A stretch of DNA of 29,727 bases, from IMG/VR virus record IMGVR_UViG_3300027974_000116, positions 1 through 29,727 of that record. One strand, given 5' to 3'. Below the pieces are notes generated by a model. That model had not been told where the DNA came from. It made no database searches and saw only the letters and a program-made list of their open reading frames with translations. Each line of letters starts with the position of its first letter. The stretch's first letter is position 1. Below are positions 1 through 7,231 of the stretch, piece by piece. Position numbers and translations under genes: made by a program. This DNA comes from a virus (Duplodnaviria; Caudoviricetes).

Positions 1-352
1 CTTGCTGAAGGGTGAAGTTGGAACGTACTACGGAGTGAAGACTCTGTTGTCGCACAACATCCTGTCCTTCGGCTCTGCTTCTGCTAATGCCATCTCTGGC
101 ACTGCGGCAGCGTCCTACAACTCCAGCACTGCGCCTTTCTTGGCGAACATTGTGCTCGGTGACCAGGCATTCGGCGTACCTAGCCTCACAGGCGACTCGC
201 CCTATAGCCCCAAGGTCCTAATTGCAGAAGGTCCTGACAAGTCCGACCCTCTGGATTTGGTAACCTCGGTCGCTGTCAAAACGTACTACACCGCGATTCA
301 GTTGAACGGAGCGTTCTACCGAGTCGTGTTTAGTCGTTCTGAAGTCAGCTAA
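1..352 (+). CDS. Major capsid protein, C-terminal part (N4-gp56-like); 5' end outside window
   Basis: Motifs GEVGTYYGV, VLGDQAFG, DKSDPLD..SVAVK match the C-terminus of N4-gp56-family capsid proteins; first gene of a structural module. Confidence 0.8.
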   Translation, partial: LLKGEVGTYYGVKTLLSHNILSFGSASANAISGTAAASYNSSTAPFLANIVLGDQAFGVPSLTGDSPYSPKVLIAEGPDKSDPLDLVTSVAVKTYYTAIQLNGAFYRVVFSRSEVS

Positions 353-356
353 TTAA

Positions 357-701
357 ATGGGCGCGATCGTATTAATGATCGGGCCCGAAGCGAAGGTCCG
401 GGGAGGCAAAAATCTCCCCGGGCCCGAGCCTAAAAGCAAGGGGTCAAAAATGGCTAACATGGTAAATATTCCGATCGAGAATCTAACCATCTCGCAAGAG
501 ACCGAACAGGCCGAGCCTGCAATCGGCGATATGGTTGAATTGACCGGAGAAGTTGTTGAAATCAAAGAAGGCGTTGCCATGGTTCGCGTAAGCGAAGCAG
601 AGGGAGAGATTGAAAAAGAAAATCCTAAAGCTGAAAGCGATGGAGAACGTCTTCGGAATGAAGCCGTCAAGATGGACGGCGGAGAAATGACGGAAGACTG
701 A
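357..701 (+). CDS. Hypothetical acidic protein (alternative start ATG 450)
   Basis: 114-aa ORF starting 4 nt after the capsid stop; TGATG overlap with next gene. Confidence 0.7.
   Translation: MGAIVLMIGPEAKVRGGKNLPGPEPKSKGSKMANMVNIPIENLTISQETEQAEPAIGDMVELTGEVVEIKEGVAMVRVSEAEGEIEKENPKAESDGERLRNEAVKMDGGEMTED
395..424 (+). other. GC-rich stem-loop just downstream of the capsid gene
   Basis: GGTCCGGGGAG (395-405) pairs with CTCCCCGGGCC (414-424), one G-U; no U-tract. Confidence 0.55.
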
Positions 702-994
702 TGCCACTCTACGAGTATGAAGACAGGGACACCGGGGGAGTTGTAACGCTCGAGCGTCCAGTAGATGAAAGGGACAATGTCCCAAGTAAGCTAAAAAGAC
801 GCAATTTTCCCTCTAGCTTCAGACTTGTTAATTGTGGTTCAGAACCAGCATATCATCCAGCGGCCATGGACGGTCGCAACATTCTAAAAGGTTATCACGC
901 ACTAGAACAAAAACTCGGCTCCAAGTTCCGCCCAAGACATAAAGCCGATACAATCAAACAAGTTTGGGCAAAACATAGGAAATTAGATCTATGA
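701..994 (+). CDS. FmdB-like zinc-ribbon-derived small protein (Cys-less variant)
   Basis: N-terminus MPLYEYEDRDTG resembles MPxYEYxCxxCG of FmdB-family proteins with the cysteines replaced. Confidence 0.55.
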   Translation: MPLYEYEDRDTGGVVTLERPVDERDNVPSKLKRRNFPSSFRLVNCGSEPAYHPAAMDGRNILKGYHALEQKLGSKFRPRHKADTIKQVWAKHRKLDL

Positions 995-1182
995 GTCAAA
1001 TCAACATTCGCCGCGAATTGAAAGCAAAAGGCAAGCCTGTTCGGATTAATTCTGGAACAGAAGCTACCGCAATGGAATTCACCACAACTGCAACTACCGG
1101 AACATTTGTTTCTGGTACTTCGACCCTGGGAATTACCGTTAAGCTCAACGGCACCTCGTACAAGATTCCGGTCTACAGCTAA
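991..1182 (+). CDS. Small Thr-rich putative virion protein
   Basis: 63-aa ORF coupled on both sides (ATGA / TAATG); ends LNGTSYKIPVY, a fibre-like beta terminus. Confidence 0.7.
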   Translation: MSQINIRRELKAKGKPVRINSGTEATAMEFTTTATTGTFVSGTSTLGITVKLNGTSYKIPVYS

Positions 1183-1418
1183 TGTCTGCCGATACGGATA
1201 GGTTTGGGGCCAGGAATGGTTTCACAGTTGGCACCGCAAGTGTCGCTGGAAGTGGCTATTGGGCGATTCAAATGCTCGCCGATACTACATTCAGCGCTAT
1301 TTCTGGTAACTATGATGGGACTCTGACTGGCATTACAATTGGATCTGGCAACATCATTTACGGTGAGTTTAACAGCTTCACTGCTGGAACTGGCCGAGTG
1401 ATTGCCTACAAGGGCTAA
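1182..1418 (+). CDS. Small beta-rich putative virion (head decoration-like) protein
   Basis: 78-aa Gly/Thr-rich ORF, TAATG overlap, structural context. Confidence 0.7.
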   Translation: MSADTDRFGARNGFTVGTASVAGSGYWAIQMLADTTFSAISGNYDGTLTGITIGSGNIIYGEFNSFTAGTGRVIAYKG

Positions 1419-1428
1419 TTACCTATTA

Positions 1429-1478
1429 GCAGTCAAACCGTCCAAGGTTCAATCCCTTGGCGGATGATTGCATTTTAA
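1429..1478 (+). terminator. Long imperfect hairpin with tRNA T-loop-like apex followed by ATTTTAA; possible terminator or processing signal
   Basis: GCAGTCA/TGATTGC, CCG/CGG and CCAAGG/CCTTGG stems around loop TTCAATC, intergenic. Confidence 0.45.
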
Positions 1479-1482
1479 TTAT

Positions 1483-1881
1483 ATGCCAAAATTGTCTCTA
1501 GGTTTAGGAGTGCAGACTATCCGTAAGGTTGGTGGTGGAGCCGCACCTCTTGGCCTTCCAGCATCATTCACAATGACATTGACTCCAAGCAATACTGAAA
1601 ATCTTGCTGGAGGATGGATTAAAGAAACTGGAAATTATGCTTACGCTTGGATTTTTGGTTTTTATTACAGAACAAATGACTCAAGACTTAGTGAAGGTGA
1701 TCCCTATGGAATGTATGGGTATGTAAATGATAATTGGGAATTCAGAGGATGGGATGGTGACGGTGGTGATCTATATTCAAATACATATCCAGTATCTCAA
1801 GCATCAACAAATCAAACGTCTGTTCCAAGAACACAAACTCTTTTTCATGGAACTGGCGACAAGACAATGACAAATTCATAA
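1483..1881 (+). CDS. Putative virion surface protein with AT-rich, Tyr/Trp/Gly-rich variable core (paralog A)
   Basis: ATG at 1483 (MPKLSLGLGVQ...); shares AP.G[LI]P and ASTN...P.T motifs with 2372..2833. Confidence 0.7.
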   Translation: MPKLSLGLGVQTIRKVGGGAAPLGLPASFTMTLTPSNTENLAGGWIKETGNYAYAWIFGFYYRTNDSRLSEGDPYGMYGYVNDNWEFRGWDGDGGDLYSNTYPVSQASTNQTSVPRTQTLFHGTGDKTMTNS

Positions 1882-1890
1882 TGCATTTTA

Positions 1891-1913
1891 ACCATCACCG
1901 CCGCTTGATGAAC
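1891..1913 (+). repeat. 23-nt imperfect direct repeat, copy 1 (other copy 2816-2838), encoding TITAA-stop
   Basis: ACCATCACCGCCGCTTGATGAAC vs ACCATCACCGCTGCTTAATGAAC, 21/23 identical. Confidence 0.85.
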
Positions 1914-1948
1914 ACCCCCTAGCGTGATAAACTAAAAAGGACAAATAT

Positions 1949-2362
1949 ATGGGCTGGCAAACACAACGCATTCTTCAAACCGTAGGCACTGCAACAGGCG
2001 GAACGCAAAGCATTAACTACAACCTGGATGCAATTGAGGCTTTGATGGTCACGCTCCAGGCCGACGTTGCTGATGGCATTCGTCCGCCTAACTCTACAAC
2101 TGGCGGAACTGGTCCCACTGCATTTACCAGCACTAGCTACGGAACGATTGCAACTTCGTCAACAGCTAGGCTCGGATGTACTATTTTCAATGAAGGTGCT
2201 GGTAGGTTATATGCAACTCTGGGTACTGGAACAACCTCAACAACTTCATACACCGTTAGCGTTGGAAGCGGAGAGTATTATGAAGTGCCAATGAACTACA
2301 CTGGACTTATTGGCGGAATATTTGGCACAGCAGGAACAGCCAGAGTAACAGTATTGAGCTAG
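1949..2362 (+). CDS. Putative virion structural protein (short helix plus beta-sandwich)
   Basis: 137 aa, AAAAGGA SD upstream, Thr/Gly-rich, structural context. Confidence 0.75.
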   Translation: MGWQTQRILQTVGTATGGTQSINYNLDAIEALMVTLQADVADGIRPPNSTTGGTGPTAFTSTSYGTIATSSTARLGCTIFNEGAGRLYATLGTGTTSTTSYTVSVGSGEYYEVPMNYTGLIGGIFGTAGTARVTVLS

Positions 2363-2371
2363 AGGTAAACT

Positions 2372-2833
2372 GTGCCTCTGTACTCAACAGCTTGCCCACT
2401 TCCGATTAATAGGAGGATTTCCAGGCAGAGAGGATCAACACCAGCACCCAGCGGGATTCCTGTGGCGAGTACGACTCAAGTAAATTTAACAGTTCCATTT
2501 AATTTTTATTTTGATGGAATAGGTACTAAAAGAACATCTGGAAGTATTTCGGATGGAATTGAAATAATTGGTGCAGGAGTAGGGTATTATACAGGTGGAT
2601 ACGGCAATGCTTACCCAACTTTCATTTTATCTCCAAATACATCTGTTTATGATCATTACGGAGATCAAGAACTTATACCATCAGAAGCAGGCTGGAATCT
2701 TTGGTGGTTTGGGTATGATTACGATAGTGGTCAATGGTCTCTAAATGGTAAACAGTCAGCAAACGCATCAACAAATATTAATTACATCCCCACAACTGGC
2801 TGGTATCTAGCCATCACCATCACCGCTGCTTAA
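2372..2833 (+). CDS. Putative virion surface protein with AT-rich, Tyr/Trp/Gly-rich variable core (paralog B)
   Basis: GTG start with AGAGGT SD; APSGIPVAST ... ASTNINYIPTTGWYLAITITAA. Confidence 0.7.
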   Translation: MPLYSTACPLPINRRISRQRGSTPAPSGIPVASTTQVNLTVPFNFYFDGIGTKRTSGSISDGIEIIGAGVGYYTGGYGNAYPTFILSPNTSVYDHYGDQELIPSEAGWNLWWFGYDYDSGQWSLNGKQSANASTNINYIPTTGWYLAITITAA

Positions 2834-2838
2834 TGAAC
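2816..2838 (+). repeat. 23-nt imperfect direct repeat, copy 2
   Basis: Matches 1891-1913 at 21/23 positions; forms the end of ORF 2372..2833. Confidence 0.85.
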
Positions 2839-2970
2839 CTCCTCCTCCTCATCGCCCTCTTGCTCTGCTCCTGCTCGCCAAAGCCAGCAGACAGCAATGT
2901 ATTACCGCGCTACTCGGACATGGGTGCTGCGTCCGATGCTGGAGCAGTAAGTTCTGGTAATGCCAAATGA
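2833..2970 (+). CDS. 45-aa lipoprotein (o-spanin-like candidate), absent from ORF track
   Basis: MNLLLLIALLLCSCSPKPAD...: hydrophobic stretch plus lipobox-like LCSC; TAATG and ATGA overlaps on both sides. Confidence 0.75.
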   Translation: MNLLLLIALLLCSCSPKPADSNVLPRYSDMGAASDAGAVSSGNAK

Positions 2971-3239
2971 AGCGCATCGCAACATGGATCACAGTCCTAG
3001 GTTTGCGTTTATTGCTGACGGCAAAGGATTACGCCTGTTTCAAGGAGGCACTGAAGTGTGCCGAGGACAACAACAGGCTTGCAAGGGGAACGAAGTATAT
3101 CGGTGCAGTAAAGCATCTTCTGTCAGTCAACAGATCGATCAAAAGGATGGTAGACGACGGCAGGGACCGGGACGAGGTCGTCGGTGCGGTCGTACATCTT
3201 GCGGTCAGTCTCAAGTACCTGGAGTCTCGCAATGAGTGA
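2967..3239 (+). CDS. Hypothetical protein with N-terminal hydrophobic segment (possible lysis accessory)
   Basis: 90 aa, IATWITVLGLRLLL near N-terminus; coupled to neighbours. Confidence 0.65.
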   Translation: MKRIATWITVLGLRLLLTAKDYACFKEALKCAEDNNRLARGTKYIGAVKHLLSVNRSIKRMVDDGRDRDEVVGAVVHLAVSLKYLESRNE

Positions 3240-3459
3240 AGACCAGGTGTGGGGCATAGAGGTCAAATTGGCCCGGATGGAAGAGCGCCAGGTCCAGTTG
3301 TATCAAATGGTCGAGACCAGCTTGTCAAACTACGCAGATGTGGTAAATAGAGTTTCTGCCCTGGAACACCTCCGTTCCAGGATATTTGCAATTGCTGGGG
3401 TCGCCGGGCTGCTGTTTTCCGTTGCCTGGGACCTAGTTAAAAACAGGATGAACCACTAA
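3232..3459 (+). CDS. Coiled-coil plus C-terminal TM protein (XhlA-like/holin-like)
   Basis: ATG 3232 with GGAG upstream; KLARMEERQ...RVSALE coiled coil then IFAIAGVAGLLFSVAW TM helix. Confidence 0.65.
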   Translation: MSEDQVWGIEVKLARMEERQVQLYQMVETSLSNYADVVNRVSALEHLRSRIFAIAGVAGLLFSVAWDLVKNRMNH

Positions 3460-4334
3460 TGGCTACACTAGGAACGCAGAACATTTCGACCAGTTACGTC
3501 CAGCTAATTAAAACTAGCGGTCTTACTGGCATAGACCCAACGATCCAGACCATCACCGATGGCAACAACGTATCCTCTGCGCTTCAGCTATCTACGACAG
3601 GCGTAAACTCAACTGGCACGCTTAATGCGGTTGGTGCGACCACCCTGGCGTCTAGCTTGGCTGTCACCGGGGCAGCTACGTTCAGTTCTAGCGTAAACAT
3701 TTCAAGCGGAACAACCACAATTGGCACCCTGTCTGCAAGCACTGCCACCATCTCTACTGCCACCATATCAACCGCCACTATTCCAGTCCAGCTTGGGGCA
3801 ATTACATTTGGATCTCACATAACAGCATCTACCGGGACAGCAACGATTGGCACAGCCACAATCAGCACAGCTACAATCAGCACAGCTACGATCCCCACAA
3901 TCAACGGAGTGACAACCTTTGCTACTGGCTTCACATCTTCTACTGGAACGAACACGCTTGGGACGATTGCCTCCACGACAATTAGCAATACTGGTGTAGT
4001 AACAGTTGGAAGCCTTGAGATTGGTGGTTCAGCCGGACCAACACTTACAAAAGTATCCTATACTACGGCAACCTTTGGATCAGCTGTTGTCGCGGCGTAT
4101 AATGTGGCAGACACGACAACCGGAACATTTTCGCTATCCGGAGTTGAGTTGGGGGACATAGTCATCGGATCAATTAATTCGCTCGGATCGACAACTGGCA
4201 CAGTGCAGATTATGACCAATTTTTATCCAATTGCTTCAAATGTTGCAAGGTATGTCGTCAATAGCAAAGGAGCAACCGCAGGCACAATTCCCGCAGGAAC
4301 AATATTCGCAACCGCAATGAGGTTTATAACATGA
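3459..4334 (+). CDS. Thr-rich tail fibre-like protein with ATIST pentapeptide repeats
   Basis: 291 aa; repeated [S/T]ATI[S/G]T units; structural module. Confidence 0.7.
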   Translation: MATLGTQNISTSYVQLIKTSGLTGIDPTIQTITDGNNVSSALQLSTTGVNSTGTLNAVGATTLASSLAVTGAATFSSSVNISSGTTTIGTLSASTATISTATISTATIPVQLGAITFGSHITASTGTATIGTATISTATISTATIPTINGVTTFATGFTSSTGTNTLGTIASTTISNTGVVTVGSLEIGGSAGPTLTKVSYTTATFGSAVVAAYNVADTTTGTFSLSGVELGDIVIGSINSLGSTTGTVQIMTNFYPIASNVARYVVNSKGATAGTIPAGTIFATAMRFIT

Positions 4335-5302
4335 GCAAATTTAACGCGGGTCAATCTTTTGCTGATGGCGATCAGGTAACAGGAGCCAAGCTCAACAACA
4401 TTACTGGATTGCTGGACATCTATACTGGGCTTATCTCCGAACAGTCGGCAATGGTTGCGACTGTAAGCACGGCAGACCAGCTTCTTATTGCAGACACAGA
4501 TAATGGCGATAGCGGTGCGGCCAATAGGGTTACGATTCAAAAATTGTTAAACGACACTCTTACCAATGGCACTTACACCAATGCTAACCTATCTGGCACA
4601 ATTACATCCAACCGCACTGTTGCCACCAGCGCAACGATTACTACTGGTACGATCCCAACCCTAGTATCCAATAATGCTACGATTGGAACTACAACTGGAA
4701 CCTTGGGGAATTTTACTTCGGCTGCGATTACATCCGGAACAATTACTTCTGGCCTTATTCCAACCCTTACCGCCGGAACTACAACTGGAACTGCTGGCGT
4801 ATTTACGTCTGGAACCGTTGCAACTCTTAACAGCACAAATGCAACGATTTCTAGTCTTAATAGCGCAACCTCAACGATCACAAATCTTTCCACTACACTC
4901 GCTGGCGATCTTACAATTAGCCAAGGCACAGCCACCGCAAGCACCGCAACTGTTGCAAAACTTGCTTCGGCTCAAGAATATACTGCAACACATAATTTCA
5001 ACGCGACAACCCTGACAAGCGGCGCATCTATCTCCTGGAATCTTGCAAGCAATCAGGTTACGAGACTTGTTTTGTCAACAAACGGAACTATGGCGGAGGC
5101 AACAAACAAAGTAGATGGAGCAACATATATTCTAATTGTTACGCAAGGTACTGGATCAAATACATTGGCGTGGGATGCAACATATAAGTGGCCCGGGGCA
5201 ACCGCTCCAACGCTTACAACAGGCTCGGCAAAATCAGACATTTTTACATTTGTTTCAAATGGAACATCCTTATTCGGAGTAGCATCGCAGAATTACTCGT
5301 AA
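4331..5302 (+). CDS. Tail fibre-like protein
   Basis: 323 aa; N-terminal FADGDQVTGAKLN anchor-like motif, Thr-rich beta repeats, C-terminal domain ending KWPGATAPTLTT...DIFTF typical of phage fibre tips. Confidence 0.7.
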   Translation: MSKFNAGQSFADGDQVTGAKLNNITGLLDIYTGLISEQSAMVATVSTADQLLIADTDNGDSGAANRVTIQKLLNDTLTNGTYTNANLSGTITSNRTVATSATITTGTIPTLVSNNATIGTTTGTLGNFTSAAITSGTITSGLIPTLTAGTTTGTAGVFTSGTVATLNSTNATISSLNSATSTITNLSTTLAGDLTISQGTATASTATVAKLASAQEYTATHNFNATTLTSGASISWNLASNQVTRLVLSTNGTMAEATNKVDGATYILIVTQGTGSNTLAWDATYKWPGATAPTLTTGSAKSDIFTFVSNGTSLFGVASQNYS

Positions 5303-5306
5303 GTTT

Positions 5307-6158
5307 ATGGCGTGGCCAGTATTTCCTGTTTCATTTTTTGGATCGCAAGTACCGCCTAGCGTTGAGTATGTAATTGTAGCTGGTGGTGGTGGTGGTGGTT
5401 ATATACCTAATGAAGGAGGACTCAACGCCTCTGGTGGTGGAGGTGCTGGGGGCTACAAATCTTCAGTATCTGGAGAAACATCTGGATCTAATTCTTCTAT
5501 TTTATCTCCATTATCCATCCTATCTGGAAGGGAATACACAATAACTGTTGGTGCGGGTGCTTCTCAAGCTGGACAAGGAAGTGACTCTTTATTATATTCT
5601 ACAGTATCAACAATTTCATGCTTGGGTGGTGGGCGAGGTGGAGGCTCAACTGAAGCCGGCGTGGGTGGCGGATCGGGTGGTGGAGGCGGACAAGCATATG
5701 GAACTGATAGGGGAGGTGGTTCTGGAACGGCTGGACAAGGATTTAATGGCGGGGCAGGCAGAAGCGATACAGTGACTTATAGGTGCGGTGGAGCGGGCGG
5801 CGGGGCAGGCGGAGGAGGTTATGATGGATACTCAAGGGGGAATGGGACTGGTGGTGCTGGAATTTCAAGTTCAATTTCTGGATCTTCTGTTACAAGAGGA
5901 AAAGGCGGTGATAATGGAGCAAGTAGCTCTGGAGAAACTGGATTTAACGGAACTGCAAATACTGGGAATGGTGGCATGGGCATTGGAAATCTTCAATATA
6001 ATGGAGCTCAAAATGGCGGGGCCGGAGGAAAGGGAGTTGTTATTATAAGGCATCTTGCCTCATACAAGTCAGCCATAACAACAGGATCTCCGACCACAAC
6101 AACAAGCGGAAATTACAAAATATACATATTTAACGATTCTGGAACAATTACCTGGTAA
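5307..6158 (+). CDS. Glycine-rich domain virion protein (fibre-associated)
   Basis: VEYVIVAGGGGGG ... GGGGAGGY ... ANTGNGG ... GGKGVVIIR ... YIFNDSGTITW, the phage glycine-rich domain pattern. Confidence 0.8.
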   Translation: MAWPVFPVSFFGSQVPPSVEYVIVAGGGGGGYIPNEGGLNASGGGGAGGYKSSVSGETSGSNSSILSPLSILSGREYTITVGAGASQAGQGSDSLLYSTVSTISCLGGGRGGGSTEAGVGGGSGGGGGQAYGTDRGGGSGTAGQGFNGGAGRSDTVTYRCGGAGGGAGGGGYDGYSRGNGTGGAGISSSISGSSVTRGKGGDNGASSSGETGFNGTANTGNGGMGIGNLQYNGAQNGGAGGKGVVIIRHLASYKSAITTGSPTTTTSGNYKIYIFNDSGTITW

Positions 6159-6162
6159 TTTT

Positions 6163-6543
6163 ATGGGATATTTTGCAAAAATTGAGGATAATTTAGTAGT
6201 TTATGTTATTTCAATAAATAATTTAACTCTAGGCGAGCCAGAAAAAACATTTCCAGAAACAGAAGGCATTGGTTTGGATTTCATAAAAAACACATTGAAG
6301 CTGGATGGACGATGGAAGCAGACAAGCTACAATAATTCATTCAGAGGGAATTATGCAGGAATTGGTTATTCTTATAATAATGAAAAAGATATATTTATAC
6401 CTCCAAAATTATTTAATTCATTTGTATGGGATGATGCAATATTTTCTTGGGTTGCTCCAATTGAAATGCCAAATGATGGGAAAACATATCGTTGGGATGA
6501 GCCAACAATTAGCTGGATTGAGGTAAAAAATGACATTAACTGA
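6163..6543 (+). CDS. Conserved small partner of glycine-rich fibre proteins
   Basis: MGYFAKI...WKQTSYNNSFRGNYAGIGYSY...DIFIPPK...W.AP..MP.DG..Y.WDE pattern that commonly follows such genes. Confidence 0.75.
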   Translation: MGYFAKIEDNLVVYVISINNLTLGEPEKTFPETEGIGLDFIKNTLKLDGRWKQTSYNNSFRGNYAGIGYSYNNEKDIFIPPKLFNSFVWDDAIFSWVAPIEMPNDGKTYRWDEPTISWIEVKNDIN

Positions 6544-7228
6544 AATTGCCCAATACGCAGGCGAGAAGATTGGCAAAACCGACTCGGATACGCTTAACTT
6601 CTTGCAAAAATCGGCCAGCCTAAATTATAGGCGGGTGTGGAACTTTGCCCCATGGAGGGAGAGCATCACAAATTCAACTTATTCAGTTTCGACTGGAACC
6701 AGGACAGTTTCACTTGGCTCCCTGGTCGAAAATCCTTTGTCCGTAGCTTACGGAGACAGCGAGCTCATGTCTGTTGATCTTCAGACAATTGTCAGTCAAG
6801 ACGCGGACTTGCTTGATTCGGATAGAACCGGGACTCCGAGTCAGTATTATTTCAAGGGGAGGAATACTTCTGGGACTGCCGAAATTGACTTGTATCCACT
6901 ACTCAACACGACCAGCACAACTACATTGAAAGTGATAGAAAAGGTTACTTGCATCACAAGACAAAATAACATTGTTGATTTTCCCCCAAGCTCTGCCGCT
7001 ATCACAGACGAATTGCGTCTCCCGCACGTCCAGCACGTTGTTCTTGCCCTTACCCATGCAGACGCTCTCGAGCGAGAGCGCCAATACGCCAAGGCCCAGG
7101 CAGTTGTGTCGTCTGCAAATGCCGACTTGGCGCAAATGGCTCAGTACGAGATGAGCCAGGTTGGTGGAATTAAGGTTATTACTCCGTCAAGTTTAGGCGA
7201 ATACAGCATCACAGACATAGGGGTTTAG
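6530..7228 (+). CDS. Head-tail adaptor / tail tubular protein A-like
   Basis: 232 aa; MTLTEI start, WNFAPW, GTPSQYY, IDLYP motifs; position before the tail stabilisation gene. Confidence 0.7.
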   Translation: MTLTEIAQYAGEKIGKTDSDTLNFLQKSASLNYRRVWNFAPWRESITNSTYSVSTGTRTVSLGSLVENPLSVAYGDSELMSVDLQTIVSQDADLLDSDRTGTPSQYYFKGRNTSGTAEIDLYPLLNTTSTTTLKVIEKVTCITRQNNIVDFPPSSAAITDELRLPHVQHVVLALTHADALERERQYAKAQAVVSSANADLAQMAQYEMSQVGGIKVITPSSLGEYSITDIGV

Positions 7229-7231
7229 TTC

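Noticed and set aside
1400-1480. Complete tRNA gene
   Set aside because: Only a T-arm-like hairpin; no acceptor, D or anticodon arms could be built
1483-2838. Diversity-generating retroelement (TR/VR pair)
   Set aside because: Shared sequence is only ~23 nt, there is no ~100-nt repeat differing at adenines, and no reverse transcriptase in the window
5382-5399. (GGT)6 as a phase-variable repeat
   Set aside because: In-frame triplet encoding the normal Gly run of the glycine-rich domain
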